From positions 96,001 to 160,000 of the forward strand of contig CAWKKR010000007.1 in NCBI GenBank assembly GCA_963850305.1: a DNA stretch of 64,000 bases, in the 5' to 3' direction. How positions within the stretch are numbered: position 1 is the stretch's first letter; each line of letters opens with the position of its first letter. A program made the position numbers and the translations under genes. Positions 60,606 to 64,000 of this stretch are shown one piece after another. The DNA is from an uncultured delta proteobacterium (GTDB taxonomy: Bacteria; Myxococcota_A; Polyangia; Polyangiales; Polyangiaceae). The notes under the pieces were generated by a model. The model was not told the DNA's origin. It saw nothing but the letters and a program-made list of their open reading frames with translations, and made no database searches.

Positions 60606-61620
60606 GTGAGGCGTCCCACATCGTCGAGATCCCGGACCAGGCCGGGAGCCAGGTTGCCGTTGCTCGCCGTGCCTGTGGTCGCGCTCGTCGTCGCGTTCGC
60701 GTCGCGGAGCCTCGCGGACGTCGGGTATTCCACGCTAGACCTCGCAACGGTGCGGGTGTTCGCCCTCTACGGCGTGGGGACGCAGGAGGTGGAGCAGAAG
60801 AAGACCGCGCACAAGTACACGCTCGCGGTGCCCCTCGCGGCGCACAAGTCGTTCGTGCCGCTCCCGAAGGCGCTGCCGACCATCCATGTCCGGCAATCCG
60901 TCTTTGCCGTCGGCTATCCGATGGACCCGTCGCAGAAGCGGCCCCAGTCCACCCGCGGGTCATCTCGGGCGTCTCGGAAAACGGCACGGTGAGCCTCGGG
61001 ATCTCCGTGAACCCGGGCAATTCCGGCGGGCCGCTCGTCGACGACGGCGAACGGATCCTCGGGGTCGTCGTCGCTCGCGGTGATCCGAAGCAAGGGGTGG
61101 AGGGGATTGGGTATGCCGTCCCGCTCGATCGCCCGCTCCTGGTGCTCGCGTCGGTGCTCGATCGGCACGCCCGCGCCCACGCGACCCTCGATTCGCTCGA
61201 CGAAGCCGAGAAGTCGTTCGCGCGCGTGGTCGGCCACCTGGTGGAAAGCGAAGGGGTGAACGGGATGCTCGACGAGGCCGCCCGCGCCATCGAGCATCTG
61301 AAGGCGAGGTCGTGACCCGGGCTTGTCACGACGCGCACTTCAGGTTGACCGGGGTGAAGAAGGACGGCCTCCGCTGCAGCGGCGTGCCGGGCGGGCCCGC
61401 CTTCGCGCCCGTCGCTCGGCTCCGGTTCTGCGACGACGAGCTGTGCCAGGTCGATCTCGTCGAAAAGTTCGAAGGCGACGACGCCACGGATCTTCTCCAG
61501 CAATACGAGGCGAGGCGAAGCGAGCTGAGCGAGAACGTCCCTCTTGGTCGGCATAGTTCGACGCAATCATCTGCGGGACGCGGGCGGCGGTCCAGCGCCC
61601 CGGTTCGTCCCCTGGCGTTG
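60606..61620 (+). pseudogene. Trypsin-like (S1) serine protease, internally deleted and frameshifted
   Basis: Signal peptide, VFAVGYP, NPGNSGGPL. His/Asp triad region missing near 60845; one G missing near 60958; C-terminal fragments continue after 61315. Confidence 0.7.
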
Positions 61621-61685
61621 TTCGACGTCCGAGAACCGTGACGAGTACGAACGAGCGGAAAACCTGCGCCCCTCGTTTTCTGTCA

Positions 61686-62431
61686 CGCGACGACCCGCCC
61701 CTCGGCCGCGAGAACCGATCCGCCCGCCGTGGTAACCGCATTCTCCGCCGCGACGACGCGTCCGTCGGCCGTGATAAGTGGATCACACAGCGCGACGACG
61801 CCTCCGTCGGCGGTGAGGACACCTCCGACGGCCGTGATAAGTGGATCATGCGCCGCGACGACGCGTCCGTCGGCCGTGATAAGTGGATCACACAGCGCGA
61901 CGACGCCTCCGTCGGCGGTGATGACGCCTCCGTCGGCCGTGATAAGTGGATCATGCGCCGTGATGACGCCTCCGTCGGCCGTGATAAGTGGATCATGCGC
62001 CGTGATGACGCCTCCGTCGGCCGTGAGGATGCGTTCTCACGGGCGCGATGATCGCTTCACGCGCCGTGAGGACAGCTCCGACGGCCGTGATAAGTGGATC
62101 ATGCGCCGTGAGGACACCTCCGTCGGCCGTGAGGATGCGTTCTCATGGGCGCGATGATCGCTTCACGCGCCGTGCGAAGGCGTCCGTCGGCCGTGCGAAG
62201 GCGTCCGTCGGCCGTGCGAAGGCGTCCGTCGGCCGTGCGAAGGCGTCCGTCGGCCGTGCGAAGGCGTCCGTCGGCCGTGCGAAGGCGTCCGTCGGCCGTG
62301 CGAAGGCGTCCGTCGGCCGTGCGAAGGCGTCCGTCGGCCGTGCGAAGGCGTCCGTCGGCCGTGCGAAGGCGTCCGTCGGCCGTGCGAAGGCGTCCGTCGG
62401 CCGTGCGAAGGCGTCCGTCGGCCGTGCGAAG
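61686..62431. repeat. 21-bp-periodic tandem array: 23 mosaic units then 12 perfect units
   Basis: Modules such as cgcgacgacgcgtccgtcggc, cgtgataagtggatcatgcgc and cgtgaggatgcgttctcacgg; 62171-62422 is (cgtgcgaaggcgtccgtcggc)x12. Confidence 0.95.
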
Positions 62432-62490
62432 TTTCACGATCGTAACATTCCGGGTGGCACTCGTTTAGTCGTGCGTGTTACTAGCGCGGC

Positions 62491-64000
62491 GTGAATCGCG
62501 TCGCGGGACTTCAGGGGGGCAGCCTGATACTGGTGGCGGTGCTCGGCTTCGCGCGCGCGGTTTGGGCCCAAGATGGCGGAGCGCCGCAATCGTCCGCAAG
62601 TGCCCGGGCCGAGGCGGCTCCAGCGCCGCCGCCCGCCCCGGCACCCGTTGCAAAGGCGCCACCGCCCGTTGCTTTGCCGCCCGTTGGCTTGGCGCCCGTC
62701 GCTTTGCCGTCCGTGGCCGTCGGCGGACCGCTCGCCGCGCAGTTGCCGGAGGTCGTCGTGCATGGGAGGGCCGAAGATCTGCTGGGGGCCGCTACCAGCG
62801 CGTCGCAAGGATCGGTCGGCGAGGCGGACCTGGAAGACCTGCCGCTTCTCCGCCGCGGTGAGTTGCTCGAGAGCGTGCCGGGCATGGTCGTCACTCAGCA
62901 CTCGGGTGACGGAAAGGCCAATCAGTATTTCCTCCGCGGGTTCAATCTCGATCACGGTACCGACTTCGCCTTCTCCGTCGACGGCGTGCCCGTCAACCTG
63001 CCGAGCCACGCTCACGGTCAGGGCTACTCTGACCTGAACTTTCTCATCCCCGAGCTGGTCAGTTCCATCGACTTCAGAAAGGGGCCGTTCTATCCGGACG
63101 TCGGCGACTTTTCGGGCGCCGGCGCAGCGAACATCCGCCTCGTGAACACGCTGCCCGAGGGGATCGCGAACCTGCAGCTCGGGCAATTCGGGTATGCGCG
63201 CATGCTCGTCGCCGACAGCCCAAAGGTGGGTTCAGGGACGCTCCTCTACGCGCTCGAATACAATCACTACGACGGGCCGTGGGACGTTCCCGAGAATTCG
63301 AACCGCTATAACGGCCTGCTGCGGTACCACTGGGATTCCGGTCGCGACGAGTACAGCATCACGGGCAGTGTTTACTGGGCTCCCCAGTGGCATTCGACCG
63401 ATCAGGTCGCGCTGCGTGCGGTCGACGAGAACGTGATCGGCCGCTTCGGCGCCATCGATCCGACCGACGGTGGGCGGACGGGCCGCGACGCTCTGTCGTT
63501 CGACTGGGTTCGACACGGCGACGACACGAGGACGGAGGTACTGGCTTACGGGTTCTACTATCAGCTCAATCTGTGGTCGGACTTCGACTACGCGCTGACC
63601 GATCCCGTCAACCTCGATCAGTTCGAGCAAGTGGACCGCCGCTTCGTTTCTGGCGTGCAAGTGAAGCAGACCTGGGATTCGACGTGGTTCGGAAAGAAGG
63701 TCGAGAACACCGTGGGTCTGCAGGTCAGAAACGACTACATCCCTGACTCCGGCCTCAACAACACGGCCGAGCGGAGCGTGGTGAACGTCGAGATCTACGA
63801 CCACATCGAAGAGGCGAACGCGGGTCTCTTCGGAAACGATCTCATAGAGTGGGCTCCCTGGCTCCGAAGCAATCTGGGGCTTCGTGCGGACGTTTTTGCC
63901 CTGCACGTGGACAGCACCACCAACGCGGCCAATTCCGGAGGCTCGGCGTCGGGCATCATGAGTCCCAAGGCGACGCTCGTGTTCGGACCCTGGGAGAAGA
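62491..64000 (+). CDS. TonB-dependent receptor (partial, runs off the window)
   Basis: GTG start, signal ..ARAVWA-QD, Pro-rich linker, EVVV TonB box, plug PGMVVTQHSGDGKANQYFLRGFNLDHGTDF, HAHGQGY. Absent from the ORF track because there is no stop in the window. Confidence 0.92.
   Translation, partial: MNRVAGLQGGSLILVAVLGFARAVWAQDGGAPQSSASARAEAAPAPPPAPAPVAKAPPPVALPPVGLAPVALPSVAVGGPLAAQLPEVVVHGRAEDLLGAATSASQGSVGEADLEDLPLLRRGELLESVPGMVVTQHSGDGKANQYFLRGFNLDHGTDFAFSVDGVPVNLPSHAHGQGYSDLNFLIPELVSSIDFRKGPFYPDVGDFSGAGAANIRLVNTLPEGIANLQLGQFGYARMLVADSPKVGSGTLLYALEYNHYDGPWDVPENSNRYNGLLRYHWDSGRDEYSITGSVYWAPQWHSTDQVALRAVDENVIGRFGAIDPTDGGRTGRDALSFDWVRHGDDTRTEVLAYGFYYQLNLWSDFDYALTDPVNLDQFEQVDRRFVSGVQVKQTWDSTWFGKKVENTVGLQVRNDYIPDSGLNNTAERSVVNVEIYDHIEEANAGLFGNDLIEWAPWLRSNLGLRADVFALHVDSTTNAANSGGSASGIMSPKATLVFGPWEK

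Noticed and set aside
61749..62431. CRISPR array
   Set aside because: The sequences between the recurring cgtgataagtggatca modules are themselves near-identical 21-mers, not unique spacers, and no cas genes are present.
62454..62470. Sigma-54 promoter before the TonB receptor
   Set aside because: TGGCAC is present but the -12 position reads GT rather than GC.
1..64000. Many long Arg/Ala/Pro-rich overlapping ORFs in the track (e.g. 22130..23875 -, 48656..50080 +, 60031..61566 - full length)
   Set aside because: Shadow or antisense ORFs expected in high-GC DNA; they overlap genes with clear family motifs.

Overview
GC-rich bacterial DNA, most likely from a myxobacterium (Myxococcota, Polyangiaceae-like). 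This is inferred from a MYXO-CTERM-type sorted protein and many Gly-linker/Cys-rich lipoproteins. The window holds about 60 genes or gene remnants and a complete tmRNA (ssrA, minus strand 42700-43042, tag ANDNAIALAA). I see no rRNA, tRNA, CRISPR array, integrase or transposase. The best candidate for an uncharacterised system is the 9.1-18.6 kb cluster: an LtaS/sulfatase-like membrane transferase, a RibD-type reductase, a GT4 glycosyltransferase, a CDP-alcohol phosphatidyltransferase, a Zn-dehydrogenase, an atypical PTPS/QueD-family protein ([11 protein letters not shown]), a His-phosphatase and a two-component pair. Together these suggest a pterin/ribityl-pyrimidine-derived lipid or surface modification (inference). 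Other highlights: three near-identical pectinacetylesterase/Notum-like lipoproteins, one broken and abutting a broken AraC gene; a 35-unit, 21-bp-periodic mosaic array just upstream of a TonB-dependent receptor; a coupled nitrilase-family/Cys4/NDH-2/LMF1 operon; a dispersed intergenic repeat; and a candidate rod-shaped ncRNA. Two kinds of lesion are common: about five single-base indels, mostly in short homopolymers and probably sequencing error, and about ten large deletion or fusion junctions concentrated at 26-27 kb and 50-61 kb, which are either real decay or assembly artefact. All calls come from reading motifs by eye; no database search was run, and several start codons are approximate.
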